Of a stretch of 64,000 bases of DNA, positions 13,060 to 26,915 are shown piece by piece (position 1 is the first letter of the stretch; the number at the start of each line of letters is the position of its first letter). The position numbers were made by a program, and so were the translations under genes. Origin of the DNA: Eledone cirrhosa. Taxonomy: Eukaryota. Location of the stretch: contig OZ024753.1 in NCBI GenBank assembly GCA_964016885.1, forward strand, positions 13,764,001 to 13,828,000, in the 5' to 3' direction. The notes under the pieces are model-generated. The model ran no database searches, had not been told where the DNA came from, and saw only the letters and a list, made by a program, of their open reading frames with translations.

Positions 13060-13772
13060 GTGTTAAAGACATAGACAGTCTCTTTCATTAGAAATATGGT
13101 AATAAAAGGGTTAAAGACATAGACAGTGTCTTTCATTAGAAATATGATAATGAAAGGGTTAATGACATAGACAGCGTCTTTCATTAGAAATATGATAATG
13201 AAAGGGTTAATGACATAGACAGTGTCTTTCATTAGAAATATGGTAATGAAAAGGTTAATGACAGAGACAGTGTCTTTCATTAGAAATATGGTAAGGAAAG
13301 GTTAATGACAGAGACAGTGTCTTTCATTAGAAATATGGTAAGGAAAAGGTTAATGACAGAGACAGTGTCTTTCATTAGAAATATGGTAAGGAAAGGTTAA
13401 TGACAGAGACAGTGTCTTTCATTAGAAATATGGTAAGGAAAAGGTTAATGACAGAGACAGTGTCTTTCATTAGAAATATGGTAACGAAAGGGTTAATGAC
13501 ATAGACAGTGTCTTTCATTAGAAATATGGTAACGAAAGGGTTAATGACATAGACAGTGTCTTTCATTAGAAATATGGTAACGAAAGGGTTAATGACATAG
13601 ACAGTGTCTTTCATTAGAAATATGGTAACGAAAGGGTTAATGACATAGACAGTGTCTTTCATTAGAAATATGGTAATGAAAGAGTTAATGACAGAGACAG
13701 TGTCTTTCATTAGAAATATGGTAATGAAAGGGTTAATGACAGACAGTGTCAATCATTAGAAATATGGTAATG
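13060..13772 (+). repeat. 48-bp minisatellite, about 14 units
   Basis: Unit GACAGTGTCTTTCATTAGAAATATGGTAATGAAAGGGTTAATGACATA; the same unit recurs at 50228-51310 and 54980-55212. Confidence 0.95.
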
Positions 13773-14641
13773 ATCCAGTATTACTCATAGTTTAAAAACT
13801 GAGTTCATTTTGATTGTTAATCCAACACTTTAACTTTAATTATTCTGCTACTGCACCTCTAGTAACCATCCCCTTTCCCTCAATATGTATACACTAACTA
13901 GTTAGACAAGATAGGACTAAGGAATGTGGTTTGTTAGATCTTTGAAAATACTTGCTGCTAGTTTCTTTGAAATACCAATACAGCAAATGTCATCATGAAT
14001 GTAAAGTTAAGATGACTTTGTATTTTGGGTGACACAGGTTAAGTATGTATTTCGATTGTTGTCATTGAATGTATTTAACCCTTTTGATAATAACCTGCCT
14101 GAAACCACCTCTGACTTTATTATATAGGGTGGTGTATGAAAAAGTAGCCCAGGTTCTGTAGCATTGTGTAAACAGAAATAAGTTTACACACATTAAAAAG
14201 CACCCAGCCTTACGTTTGTTACTAAATCCTTGCTACTTGTACGTACACAATCCTATATAATGCTACCCATTTTAACCCTTTAGCATTTAAACTGGTCATA
14301 TCCGGCCAGAATTCTCCTCCCCTTTCTGTTCAAACCGGTTGTAACCAGCCCCTCATACTGATGTTCTCAAAATAAATATCAAAATCTTGTAGATTCAGTA
14401 TTATGTGAGATAATTATGTAAGAAAACCCCTTTACTGTGAAACTACAATAGTAAATATAGAGTAATGTAAAGGATTAAAGTGTTCATACTTATACTTTTC
14501 AACATAATTTCATTAAAAAATTTGTTAATTATGCTTCAAACATCAGTTTACTAATGAAAAAGTTAATTATTCAACTAAATTCCTTTTACACATGGGCACA
14601 TGTGTATTATGTCTAAACACACGGGTAGTGTATATTATGTA

Positions 14642-15299
14642 CTAGCAGTGGTACCCGGCGTTGCATGGGATAAGGTATTTTGGAACGCGGGCCACCAACA
14701 GACTTAATCGTGGAAAAACTGCATGCCTGGACAATATGTAAAGAAAATAAACTGAATACTCTGATGCAATTAGCAGCAGACGTCAGTCGGAAGGTACGAC
14801 GTAGGCAATTGTGTAAAGTTCGAGTGGAGGGTGGGCATGTTTAAGAAGGCTTTTTTGGGGCGATTCCAAAAAATGAATTTTTTTTTTATGTGCATAATAT
14901 GCCTTGAAATTTCGGGAAAGTCAGCTAGACGTAACGCCTCAAAAAAGCCCTAAAAAGCTGAAAAAATGAAGTTTTTCACCTAATGCGGGCCCTAGGCCAT
15001 AAAAAGGTTGGATTTTCTTTGCTTACTGTATGAAGAAGAGACTGACTAATACATAGTTACAATTTCAAGGAAATCGGTCTGACATAACGCCTCAAAAAAC
15101 CCCTAAAAAGCTGAAAAAACGCAGTTTTTCACCTAATGCCCTAGGGGATCAAAAAGTTGAATTTTGTATGTGCATAACACCCCCTGAAACAAAAGTAATA
15201 CACATGTAAAGTTTGAAAAAAATCGGTTGGGTACTTCTCGAGTTTTAGGGATTCAAACTCACACACACAGACAGACATCCTCAGTTTTATATATATAGA
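14642..15299 (-). mobile_element. Non-autonomous Helitron
   Basis: The minus strand starts A|TCTATATATATAAAACTGAGGATGTCTGTCTG and ends CCCATGCAACGCCGGG-TACCACTG-CTAG|T. That gives 5' TC, 3' CTAG, a subterminal GC hairpin, an A|T target and no TSD. Confidence 0.85.
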
Positions 15300-15304
15300 T
15301 AATC

Positions 15305-15860
15305 ATATGGGCACATTATATTATATCTAAACAGATGGACATATGTATATTATATCTAAACACATGGAGACATGTATATTATGACTAAATACATGGGCAC
15401 ATTATATTATGTCTAAACACACGGGCATATGTATATTATATCTAAACACATGGGCACATGTATATTATATCTAAACACATGGGTACATTATATTATGTCT
15501 AAACACAGGCATATGTATATTATATCTAAACACATGGGCACATGTATATTATATCTAAACACATGGGCACATGTGTATTATATCTAAACACATGGGCACA
15601 TTATATTATGTCTAAACACACAGGCATATGTATATTATATCTAAACACATGGGCACATGTATATTATATCTAAACACATGGGCACATGTGTATTATATCT
15701 AAACACATGGGCACATTATATTATGTCTAAACACACAGGCATATGTATATTATATCTAAACACATGGGCACATGTATATTATATCTAAACACATGGGCAC
15801 ATGTGTATTATATCTAAACACATGGGCACATTATATTATGTCTAAACACAGACAATATAT
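15305..15860. repeat. 28-29-bp minisatellite; starts at ~14590 and is split by the Helitron
   Basis: Unit GGGCACATGTATATTATATCTAAACACAT. Confidence 0.9.
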
Positions 15861-16022
15861 ATGATTAGAAATATGGAAACAAAAGTGTTAAAGATTTCTT
15901 TATAATCTCCTGCAACCAACTGATGCTTGTAAACTACATGTTTACGCAGCTGCACACACAGTCACTGCATTAATACCATGCATATCAAAATGTTGCTGCT
16001 CTGTAGCTTTGAGTTCAAAATA

Positions 16023-17255
16023 CAGTGTACCCCTGGCATTCGCGGAATTTTCCCTCAGAACCTAACTAATAATTGTTTTTGGAAACCATCGCGCATTCAC
16101 GGGATCGGAAATATCTTCCACGACTTTTTAACCCTTTAATGTTCAAACCGGCCAAAGCCGGCCAGAATTCTCTACCTTTCTGTTGAAACTGGCTGTAACT
16201 GGTCACTGAAGCTGATGTTAAGGTATTGTTCTCAAAATAAATACTTTCAAAATCTCATAGATATGATATTATGTGGGATAATTATGTGAGGTAAAGCCTT
16301 TACCATGAAAATACAATAGTATATATAGAATAATGTGAATGCTAAAGGGTTAATGGCTTTTTTCGTGGCAATAGATATTTTTTCATGCTTTTTTAATGCT
16401 AAATTATTAATAACAGTATACCGTATTTGCTGGCCTATATTTTACATTGTTTTGATGTTTATAGGCATTTTTATGGAGCACATCCAATATTCGCGGTTTT
16501 CCACTCTTCGCAGGTGCTCTAGGAACATAACCCTCTGCGCAAATGCTGTGGGACAACTGTATTTTTGCTCAAAACATCAAACGTTCCGCTCAGTGGTTGG
16601 GAAAAACTAGAGGCAACATAGCTTGCAACCAAATTACAGTTTTCACTGTTTTGAGATCTCAGTAAATGTTTTTCTTTCACAGCAGAGAAAGGTTAAAATA
16701 AACCTGATTTAACAACATAAGGTTGCTATGGGTTTAGTTATCTTCGCATAAAGTATCTTGGGTGTTATCATCATCATCATCATCATCATCATCGTTTTAT
16801 GTCCGTTTTTCCAAGCTAGCATGAGTTAGACGAGTTGTCCTGTTGTGGGCAGTGTCCGGTCGGCTGACCTTGTCTTGCCCATACGGGAACTGATTCTGGC
16901 TTGATTTCTACAGCTGGATGCCCTTCCTAAGAACATCAACCCCGCTATTTGCAGGGTTGATGTTCTTAGTGCACCCGCAAAGAGTGAAAACTGTGAATAT
17001 TGGATGTGGTCCATAAAAATGCCTATAAACGTCAAAACATAACATAAAATATAGGGCACCAAATATGGTATATTGTTATTAATAATTTAGCATTTAAAAA
17101 CGAAAAAAATATATATTGCCACAAAAAAGTCTTTAAAAATCGTGTAAGATATTTACGATTCAGCAAATATGCGGTGGTTTCCACAAACAATTATTAGTTA
17201 GGTTCTAAGTAAAATTCAGCAAATAACCGGCACCGCAAATGCTGGGAGTACACTG
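16023..17255. mobile_element. Tc1/mariner-pogo-type MITE with long palindromic arms and nested insertions
   Basis: TA|CAGTGTACCCCTGGCATTCGCGG ... CCGCAAATGCTGGGAGTACACTG|TA. 16355-16545 is approximately inverted to 16950-17130. Contains a TTAA MITE (16128-16353) and a SINE fragment. Confidence 0.75.
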
Positions 17256-18005
17256 TATATATAAAGAACAAAGATTATCAAAGATTTTAATTAAATCATT
17301 TAACCATTTAATGTTCAAACCGACCAGAATTCTCTACCTCTTTCTGTTGAAACTGGCTGTAACTGGTCACTCAAACTGATGTTAAGGTATTGTTCCCAAA
17401 ATAAATACTTTCAAAATCTCATAGATTCGATATTATGTGAGATAATTGTGAGGTAAAGCCTTTACCATTAAAATATAATAGTATATATAAAATAATTATT
17501 TCTACTTTTGGCACAAGGCCAGCAATTATCCCAGTGCATTACTGGTACTTTATTTTATCGACCCCGTAAGGATGAACGGCAAAGTTAACCTCGGCGGGAT
17601 TTGAACTCAGACCATAAAGGGCCGTAACTCTTTGCTGCAAAGAATGGCATCCGACCCTCTACCGATACAACCAATCTAATAATGTAAATGCTAAAGGGTT
17701 AATTGATTTATGACCGTTTTCTTAGACTAACGAGACTATTCCATTTCCCTTAGAATAATTCCTCAGAATTGATTAAATACAAATAATATATACGTTGCTT
17801 GTCCAAGAACTCCAATGAAAAATTATATATTTATATAGCCAGGTGGTGCTATTAAGTTAGACATGGCTTGGGTCAATACTGGCCGAAACCTATCAAAGTT
17901 ATATATACAGACACACAGACACACGTGTATGTATATATATCATTTTTTTTTCTTCTTCTTCTCACTCTCCTCTATCATTTTATTTCATCTTTTATTTCTC
18001 ATTCT

Positions 18006-18044
18006 ATCTTCTGATGAAGGACGAGTTGTCTGAAATGTTAAGAC
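18006..18044 (+). ncRNA. Minimal type I hammerhead ribozyme motif, CpG-decayed copy (family 1)
   Basis: TCTT-CTGATGA-A-GGAC gagtt GTCT-GAAA-TG-TT-AAGA; flanks are homologous to the 33735-33880 element. Confidence 0.6.
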
Positions 18045-18361
18045 TCTTTTCCTACTCTACCAAGCATTAGACTAATATATTTCTTCATTGTACTGTCATT
18101 TTCTTTGTTATTTCTGTTTACTTTTTGCATACATATACATACATTCACACACACACACCCACACCCACACCCCCACACACACACACATATTCCCCCCCCC
18201 CTCCCCCACACCATCATCATCGTTTAATGCCTATCTTCTATGCTAGCATGGGTGAGACGGAAATTGATGTATACATACATACATTTACATATATACATAT
18301 ATTTACAGAAATAAATAAATAAATATATATATACACACGACACACACACACAAACACACAA

Positions 18362-18417
<56 letters not shown>

Positions 18418-19697
18418 GCACACACACAAACACACGCGCACACAAACACACACACACGCACACACACAAACACACGCGCACACACACACACATGCACACA
18501 CACACATGCACACACACACACACACACATACATACACGCACACATACATTGTTGAAAACATTCTTAATCTTAAGCCTTTCAGTGAAAATCTATCTGCTTA
18601 TTATGTCCCCCATTCTCAGTCCCACCTATGTCATGGATGCATGAGATGTCCCTTTGTACAAAAGTCAGGTTTTTTATGTCACCTATTTTTGTATGCCACC
18701 TATTTATTTATTTGTTTGTATATAGGTGTTTTCAATGTCTGACTTCAGGATTTAAAATCAGTGTCAAAAATAAATAGTGGCTCTGTATCTCTGTTCACAA
18801 AAGCCATTGAGCTTCCACCTGCAAAGACTTATTGAATGATGACGACGATGATGATAACAATGTGGACAAGTCACATTGACACAAGGTCACGTAGTGGTTA
18901 GGATGTTGGACTGCCGATCATAACGTCGTGGGTTCTATTCCTGGGCTGGGTGCCACATTTTCTGGAGCAAGACGCTTCATTTTGCGTTGTTTCATGATAC
19001 GGATGAGCTTCCTATTCTTAAAACACCTGAGAAAACCTCCTATAAGATGCAACCTTGTAGGAGTCGAGTTATACCTACATAGCTCTGAACTATAATAGCA
19101 ACATGATAGAGCTGGGCCCTCTCCCACCTCCATAATTAAAATATACCTGAAAAACTTCCTATTAGATGCAACCTTGTAAGAAGGAGGCCAGCTAAACCTG
19201 TAGGTGTGAGTTGTAAATTTAATTTTGATTTTATTTTTATATAAGGTATATAGTCTAGCAAATATCACTGAAGTCAATTTTCCTTTTCATCCTTCTGGAG
19301 CCAATAAATGACATACCAGTCAAATACCAGGGTTGATTCTTCTTTTTTCCCACAGACAACCGATCTTGGAGGGGTTGAGAACTGACCCCCCCCCCCCCAT
19401 CATAGACTCCTGCTAAATTCATTACTGTAGCCCATATTGTTAGCCCTCACATTACTGACTGCATCCCTGTATATAGCTTGAATGATCCTCACCATCTATC
19501 TCTAATTTCCTAAGTGACCACCAAATTAAAGAGCATAGGACTCTGTGAAAGGCTTTTGGGGGGTTGACAAAGGTTAAATAGAGGGGCTTACACTTAGCTA
19601 AGTATTTTTCTTGCATTTATCTCACTAGGAAGATGGCATCTGTCACACTTCCCTCTGACATAAAGCCAAACTGAATCTCAAGATTGTGTCTTTAATC

Positions 19698-20003
19698 CAT
19701 TGTTTCTCAACCAGTGTTCCCCAAAACCCTAGGCTTCTACAAGAGGTCACTAGGAGTTCTGTGAGAAACAGTAATAAACAATCTAATGCATTTTTTAGTA
19801 ATTTTTGTTTAATTTCCTATTTGTAATTTCACTAGACACATACGGAATATTGTTGGAAAATCCTTTGTTATTATAATAAATGCTTCAACCCCTAAAAGTG
19901 ATAGATATTAATAATGGTATATAATAATTTTTATGCAGAAGTTCCTTGAGACATGAAAACTATTTCTAGGGTTCCACAAGGGTAAAAGGGTTGAGAAACG
20001 CTG
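19698..20003. mobile_element. hAT/Charlie-like MITE
   Basis: Termini CATTGTTTCTCAACC ... GGTTGAGAAACGCTG; flanks CTTTAATC / CTCTAGTC form a degenerate 8-bp TSD. Confidence 0.65.
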
Positions 20004-23000
20004 CTCTAGTCCTTCATAATCCAATCCCACAATTTGATAACCTTTGCAATTTCCTCTTTCTAGTGTATCTGCTTTGCCCGTGTAGCAGTTGACAATGATG
20101 CTACTGAGATGACTGGAGAAACATGAAAATAAAGTGTCTTGCTGAAGGACACATGTTGTCATGAATTGAATATATGCTCTCACAATCGTGAACCAAACAC
20201 CCTAACCACTAAACCACCTACCTTCAATCTCACCATTATAGACATTTAACTTCCTATATGAACTTAGTTTCATAACTGAATGTATTCAGAAGGAAATCTT
20301 ATTGTTCACTTACTTCTACCTGATCTTGTTCTGATCAATTTAAGTGGAAAGAACAACAACCTCTTATTATGTTTCACCATCTACCAAGAAAAACATATAA
20401 ATAAATGTTCTTTATAAGTTGTTTCTGCATAGCAGGTCTATTTTCTCAACTTGTATATAATCTTTAGATCATGAATAATTTCACTTAGCATGTTTGATTA
20501 CATCATTTCATCAGCTGTCTGACATTATTGTCTGTGTATTTAACGTTCACCTGAAAAATCCTCAATTCAGTGTTATGAATCTTTTAGCTAAGCTATTTAT
20601 TCTTGTGTCTTAGACCTGTGATAAGATTAAACCTAGAGTCTATTCCTCTACCCTTCCTCACTCTTCTCTCACCTGGTGTGTCTTTTCAGGCCAAAGTAAG
20701 ATTAAATATCTGGACTTACATAATAACTTTTTTCTTTTCCGTCCTCATAAATAACCAAATCATTTTAATAGTCTTATCTGTCAGACGTAATTTCAACTCT
20801 TAATATCCTGTACTATATGAAATAACATTAAGACATTCTTGAAAAGTACAAAACAACACTAATATCATCATCATCATCATCATCACCATTTTACATCCTG
20901 TTGTGGGCAATGCTAGGTCAGGTGACATACAGAACTGATTTTGGCTTCGTTTCTACAGCTGGATGCCCTTCCTAATGCCAACCTCATTTAATAGTGAGTA
21001 CTGGGTGCTTTTTGTCGTGACACCTACACGACCACTTTACAGTGTTGACTGGGAGCTTTTTGTTGTGACACCTACAAAACCACTTTAAAGTGTGGACTGG
21101 GTGCTTTTTGTATCACATTAAAAATTGAAATCTTTACACAAATATTGTAAATGTTCTCAATGGTCTGTCCACTAGTAAAGATACTATAAACATTTGAATT
21201 AACAAACCATATTAGCAAGTCATTTTTGTAAAGGTGTTGCTAATATTTGAATTAACAAACCTGTTTTCAGATGTTTTTGCTTATTTATTATATGTTAAGA
21301 GTTAACCTGTTGACTGCTGTGTATATTTTACACAGCTACAGTTACCGTACTGATTTTTTTCCCCCAGTAAAATTACTATTTTTTAAAACAAACATTTTTT
21401 AATAACATATATCTGAATGATTGACAAATGTCACATCAATAAACTAGTAACCCCATCTAGATTTGAAGTTATGAACTGTTTGGAAACAAGTTCATAACTT
21501 TGAAGTTATGAACTGTTGGAAAAGAGTTCAAACATGTTAGGACAAGTTATCTCATCTATGACACTGAAGAGGCTAAAGCAGTATGAAAAAAAATAGAGAA
21601 TTACCATATAGACTCAAATATTAGCTGACCCCGCTATTTTATGTCTGAAAAATAGGTAAAAAATCCAAACCCCATTTATAAGCTGAGTCAGCTAATTAAC
21701 ACATTATTTAGATGACATATGTAAGCTCCTACTCCCTCCCATCTTACCATTGATTTTTTAGTCAAATATTCCTTGGCTTATATTCGAGTATATATGGTAT
21801 TTAATCATTTTAAATTCAACAAACAATTGCAGGCATGGCTGTGTTGTTAAGGAGTTTGTTTTGCAACCACATGGTCACAGGTTGAGTCAAACTGTGTGGC
21901 ACCTTGGGCCTTTTCCATTACTATAGACTTGTAAACAAAAACTGCAGAGGTGCCATCATCATCATATGTCACCACCACCACCACCACCACCACCACCATC
22001 ATCACCATCATCACCATCATCATCACCACCACCACCACCACCATCATCACCACCACCAACTGGGTGTTTTTGCCGTGTCTTCTGCATGACCAGTGGAAGT
22101 GTGGGCTGGATGTTTTTATTTACTATTGTATTTTAGCGGCAAATACTTTATCTTACATTATATTGAATCTACGAGATTTTGATGATGTTATTATTTATTT
22201 TAAGAATGATACCTTAACGTCAGTATGAGTGGCCGATTAGGGCCAGTTTGAACAGAAAGATGTCAGAGAATTCTAGCCGGATATGGCTGGTTTAAATGCT
22301 AAAGGGTTAAGACAATGCTCCAGCATGGCTGCAGTCTAATCACTGAAACCAACAAAAGAATAACAGAGTAAAACAGTTAATAAATAACAAAGCATGTGAA
22401 ATATATATTTATAAAAAAAGCCACAAATTATTTAAAAACTTATTGTAAAACTTAGCGGGGGTTTTTTGTATGAGTATCGCATGTCTTTGTTAATACACAA
22501 TCGTTTTATTTTTTGAGTGCCCCACCCCTCTCTCTCTCTCTCGAATCAAACTGACCATTCCAGTTTTTAGTGGTGAAACACTCCCTTGAGAGAGAGAGAG
22601 AAGGTTATTTGAAGCTTTCAAACTTGTCTACACACGTCATCAAGTTTAAATTCTCATTGACAGGGAAATGTCAGTCAGAATTGTGATATAATTTCCTTGA
22701 CTCTCTTGCTACAATATTTGCAATGAAAGACATTGCCTAAGATTTCCAAATAATTATAAAAATCATCAAGAATTTGAAGGGATTTAGTAATTTAGCTAAC
22801 TTTCTCATTATTAAGTTTGTGATTGAGACATAATTGTTTCTACTTTTGGCACAAGGCCAGCAATTACCCAGTGCATTACTGGTACTTTATTTTATCGACC
22901 CCGTAAGGATGAAAGGCAAAGTTAACCTCGGCGGGATTTGAACTCAGAATGGGAAGGGCCGTAACTCTATGCGTCAAAGCATGGCGCCCAACCCTCTACC

Positions 23001-24219
23001 GATACTGCCAATCCACAATATTGGTCAATCTTCCACAGGTTTGTGGTCAAGCTTGTAACAGTGGAGACTTCTGGTCTCCTTCACCCTAGGACCACCTCCC
23101 TACTCACCTCCATTGATACTTCATCCTTCATCGTGAGGGTTGGTCTCCCAACTTGTTGGCACACATCAAGTTTCCAGAAAAGAATTCTACCAGCAGAGTT
23201 CATGGGAAGGAGTGTTTGAGAACGATTGCCCACCCCACCCATGATCCTGTCAGGGATAGGTGAGTGAAGAAGAAGGTGGTGGTGGTGGTTCATAGTGACA
23301 TCTCGCATGTCCGACTAATGCAAGGCTATTACACCTTATGATGTAATTGCCCCAGTCAATAAAATTACTAACACTGTTAGCTGTGATAATATATCTAGTT
23401 TGGTACTTTACACATTGGCAGAGTCTTTAGAACGGCAGATCGAATACTTTGTAGTATTTTTTCTGGCTTTTTGTAGTCGGAGTTCAAATCCCACTCAGAT
23501 CAACTTCGCCTTTCATCCTTGCAAGGGCAATAAACAAACAACCAATCAAGTACTAAGGTTGATTTTCCTCTCTCTCTCTCTCTCCTGCTTCTTCTCTTTC
23601 TCTCTCTCTCTCTCCTGCTTCTTCTCTTTCTCTCTCTCTCTCCTGCTTCTTCTCTTTCTCTCTCTCCTGCTTCTTCTCTTTCTCTCTCTCTCCCTTTCAC
23701 TACTCTCTCTATCTTCCTTTCACTACTCTCTCTATCTTCCTTTCACTACTACTCTCTCTCTCTCTCTCCCTTTCACTACTCTCTCTCACACCCTCTCTCA
23801 TTTCTCCCCCCCCCTCTCTCCTCTCACCCCCCCTCTCTTTGTCTAAGAAAAAGAAAAAGAAAAGGAAAAAGAAGAAATTGGCTGTGTTCAAATCTGGAGA
23901 GAGATGTGCTCCATCCGGCATAAATTCTTGAGACATGCCATACATCATGATGGCCCCCCTGAGACTCCATCAGTAAAGGGATCATGGCATAGCACACAGC
24001 ATCACAAGATCTATTTTCTCACCTAGCTAAGACTTTAAATATTTCCCTACCTTACCTTACAATTTGCACCTCTCATTTACCTTCAGTAATTTGACATTTT
24101 ATTTATTTTTCTGTGTAAGCGTCTACCTTCTTAGCTCAGTCACGCCTCACTGAGAATGATAACATTTCCATCTTTTTTCTCTCGTCAATGGAAGCTATAG
24201 CATGTTCGTAAGTTTTTTA

Positions 24220-24495
24220 TGCATACATACGTATGTATGTATGTACACATGTACATACGTACATACATACATACATACATATGTATGTATGTACACATGT
24301 ACATATGTACGTACGTACATATATATATACGTATATACATATATATATATATATATGTATGTATATATATATATACATATATACGTATATACATATATGT
24401 ATATATGTGTATATATATATGTATATATGTGTATATATATATATATGTGTATATATATATGTATATATGTGTATATATATATATATATATACATA

Positions 24496-24541
<46 letters not shown>

Positions 24542-25050
24542 TGTATGTATATATATATATATATGCATGTATGTATATATATATATATATGCATGTATGT
24601 ATATATATATATATATGTATATATGTATACATATATACATATATATATATATATACATATATACTTGCATACATACATATATATATATATATACATACAT
24701 ACATGCATATATATATATACACATACATACATATATACTTGCATACATGAATATATACATACATGCATGCATACATATATACATGCATACATACATATAT
24801 ATCTGCATACATACATGCATACATATATACATGCATATGTATGTACTTACCTATGTGCATGCATATGCATACATATACACATGCATGTATACATGAATAC
24901 ATACATATATATACATGCATGTATTCATACATATATACATGCATGTATACATACATATATACATGCATGTATACTAACATATATATATATATACATGCAT
25001 GTATACATACATATATACATGCATATATACATGCATGTATACATATATAT
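24220..25050. repeat. TA/TACA/TGCA compound microsatellite
   Basis: Direct reading; source of the many YI/HI ORFs. Confidence 0.95.
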
Positions 25051-25280
25051 ATGATGGCTGCCCCCTTGTTATCGAGTGAGGCCATTACACGATATACCAT
25101 TATTAATAATTATTAATTAATTCTATCGTGCAATGCCTGTGCGTGAAGATATTTGTTAAAGTGAGGAAAGACTGTGCACGGAGCCAATCCCACTCTCTGA
25201 GCGACAGTAGCTATAACCCGAAAAGAAGAAAAGATCAACATCGGTAACTACTACATATATGTATACAGACGTACAGTAGC

Positions 25281-25321
<41 letters not shown>

Positions 25322-25471
25322 CAGGTACACATATATATATGTACGTATCAGTTTAGCGGACGTTTATTATAACGCCCGCTTTGTCCGTTTGTAAACAAGC
25401 GGACAGCCTGATTTATGCCATACGGTGTTAAGGCAACCACGTCACCTTTTTTGTTCAACACTGACACAGGA

Positions 25472-25514
25472 ACGATGTACTAGTTTCAAGCTTCTTAGCT
25501 ATCATCAGCACCGT
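25472..25514 (-). ncRNA. Minimal type I hammerhead ribozyme motif (family 2)
   Basis: Minus strand ACGGTG-CTGATGA-T-AGCT aaga AGCT-T-GAAA-CTAG-TA-CATCGT. Stem I is 6 bp, stem II is 4 bp, loop 3 is the palindrome CTAG, and the cleavage triplet is GUA. Confidence 0.8.
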
Positions 25515-25806
25515 ATACCCCTCTGCCTGATGGTTGAACGTTCGAAAGTATATACTTTCCTTATGAAAATTAACGGCTGAGCAGCCTAATTTGCATATCG
25601 AGTGAGTTCAGTCGGCCAGGCGCACCGAAAACGATAAGTTGGAATAGTAAGTGCCGTACTAAGAGTGAGAAATGAAATTTCGTTTCATCCTATTCCAACT
25701 TATATATATATATGTATATATATATATGTATATATATATATATGTATATATATATATGTATGTACGATATATTAACAAATGGAAACTATATTTATAAAAC
25801 CATATT

Positions 25807-25871
25807 TATTTCATTATACATATTTCAAGGACACCAAGTTAAATTATGGTGTGCTTTCATCAGATAAAATA
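25807..25871 (-). ncRNA. Type I hammerhead ribozyme motif (family 3)
   Basis: Minus strand TATTTTAT-CTGATGA-AAG.C.ACACCA(loop)TGGTGT.C.CTT-GAAA-TATGTA-TA-ATGAAATA. Stem I is 8 bp and stem II is 9 bp. Confidence 0.75.
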
Positions 25872-25917
25872 TAATGTAGAGCAGTTTTATAAATAAATAT
25901 TGACATACCCTTGTCTA

Positions 25918-25919
25918 TG

Positions 25920-25957
<38 letters not shown>

Positions 25958-25979
25958 CATATATATATTTATGTATGTA

Positions 25980-26030
<51 letters not shown>

Positions 26031-26244
26031 ATGTATATATATACATATATATATGTATATATATACATATATATATGTATATATATATACATATATGTAT
26101 ATATATACATATATATATATATACGTATATATATACATATATACATATATATATATATACGTATATATATACATATATACGTATATATATATATACGTAT
26201 ATATATACATATATACGTATATATATACATATATATGTATATAT

Positions 26245-26315
<71 letters not shown>

Positions 26316-26485
26316 TATATATATATATGTATATATGTATGTATATATATATATATGTATATATGTATGTATATATATATATATGTATATATGTATGTAT
26401 ATATATATATATACGTATATATGTATGTATGTATATATATATATATACGTATATATGTATATATATATATACATATATGTATATA

Positions 26486-26534
<49 letters not shown>
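25918..26534. repeat. (TA)n compound microsatellite
   Basis: Direct reading. Confidence 0.95.
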
Positions 26535-26538
<4 letters not shown>

Positions 26539-26637
26539 GTAATTTGTGTAGGTGGTGGTGGGGTTAGAAACAAATTAATATAATAAACGAAAATGAATAC
26601 AACAGCAATATATTGCCTAAGACTGGTTGAAAGAACA

Positions 26638-26915
26638 ATCATCATCATCACCACCATCACCATCATCACCACCATCATCACCATCATCATCATCATCACC
26701 ACCATCATCTTCACCATCATCATCACTATCACTATCATCATCATCACCATCATCATCACCATCACCACCATCACCATCATCACCACCATCATCACCATCA
26801 TCACCATCATCTTCACCATCATCATCACTATCACTATCATCATCATCACCATCTTCATCACCATCACTATCATCATCATCACCATCACTATCATCATCAT
26901 CACCATCATCACCAT
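26638..26915. repeat. (ATC/ACC)n trinucleotide repeat
   Basis: Direct reading. Confidence 0.95.

Noticed and set aside
23871-23948. DGAHLSPDLN peptide resembling the Tc1/mariner SPDLN motif
   Set aside because: Spacing to the DGA motif is far too short, and no other transposase motifs or TIRs are nearby.
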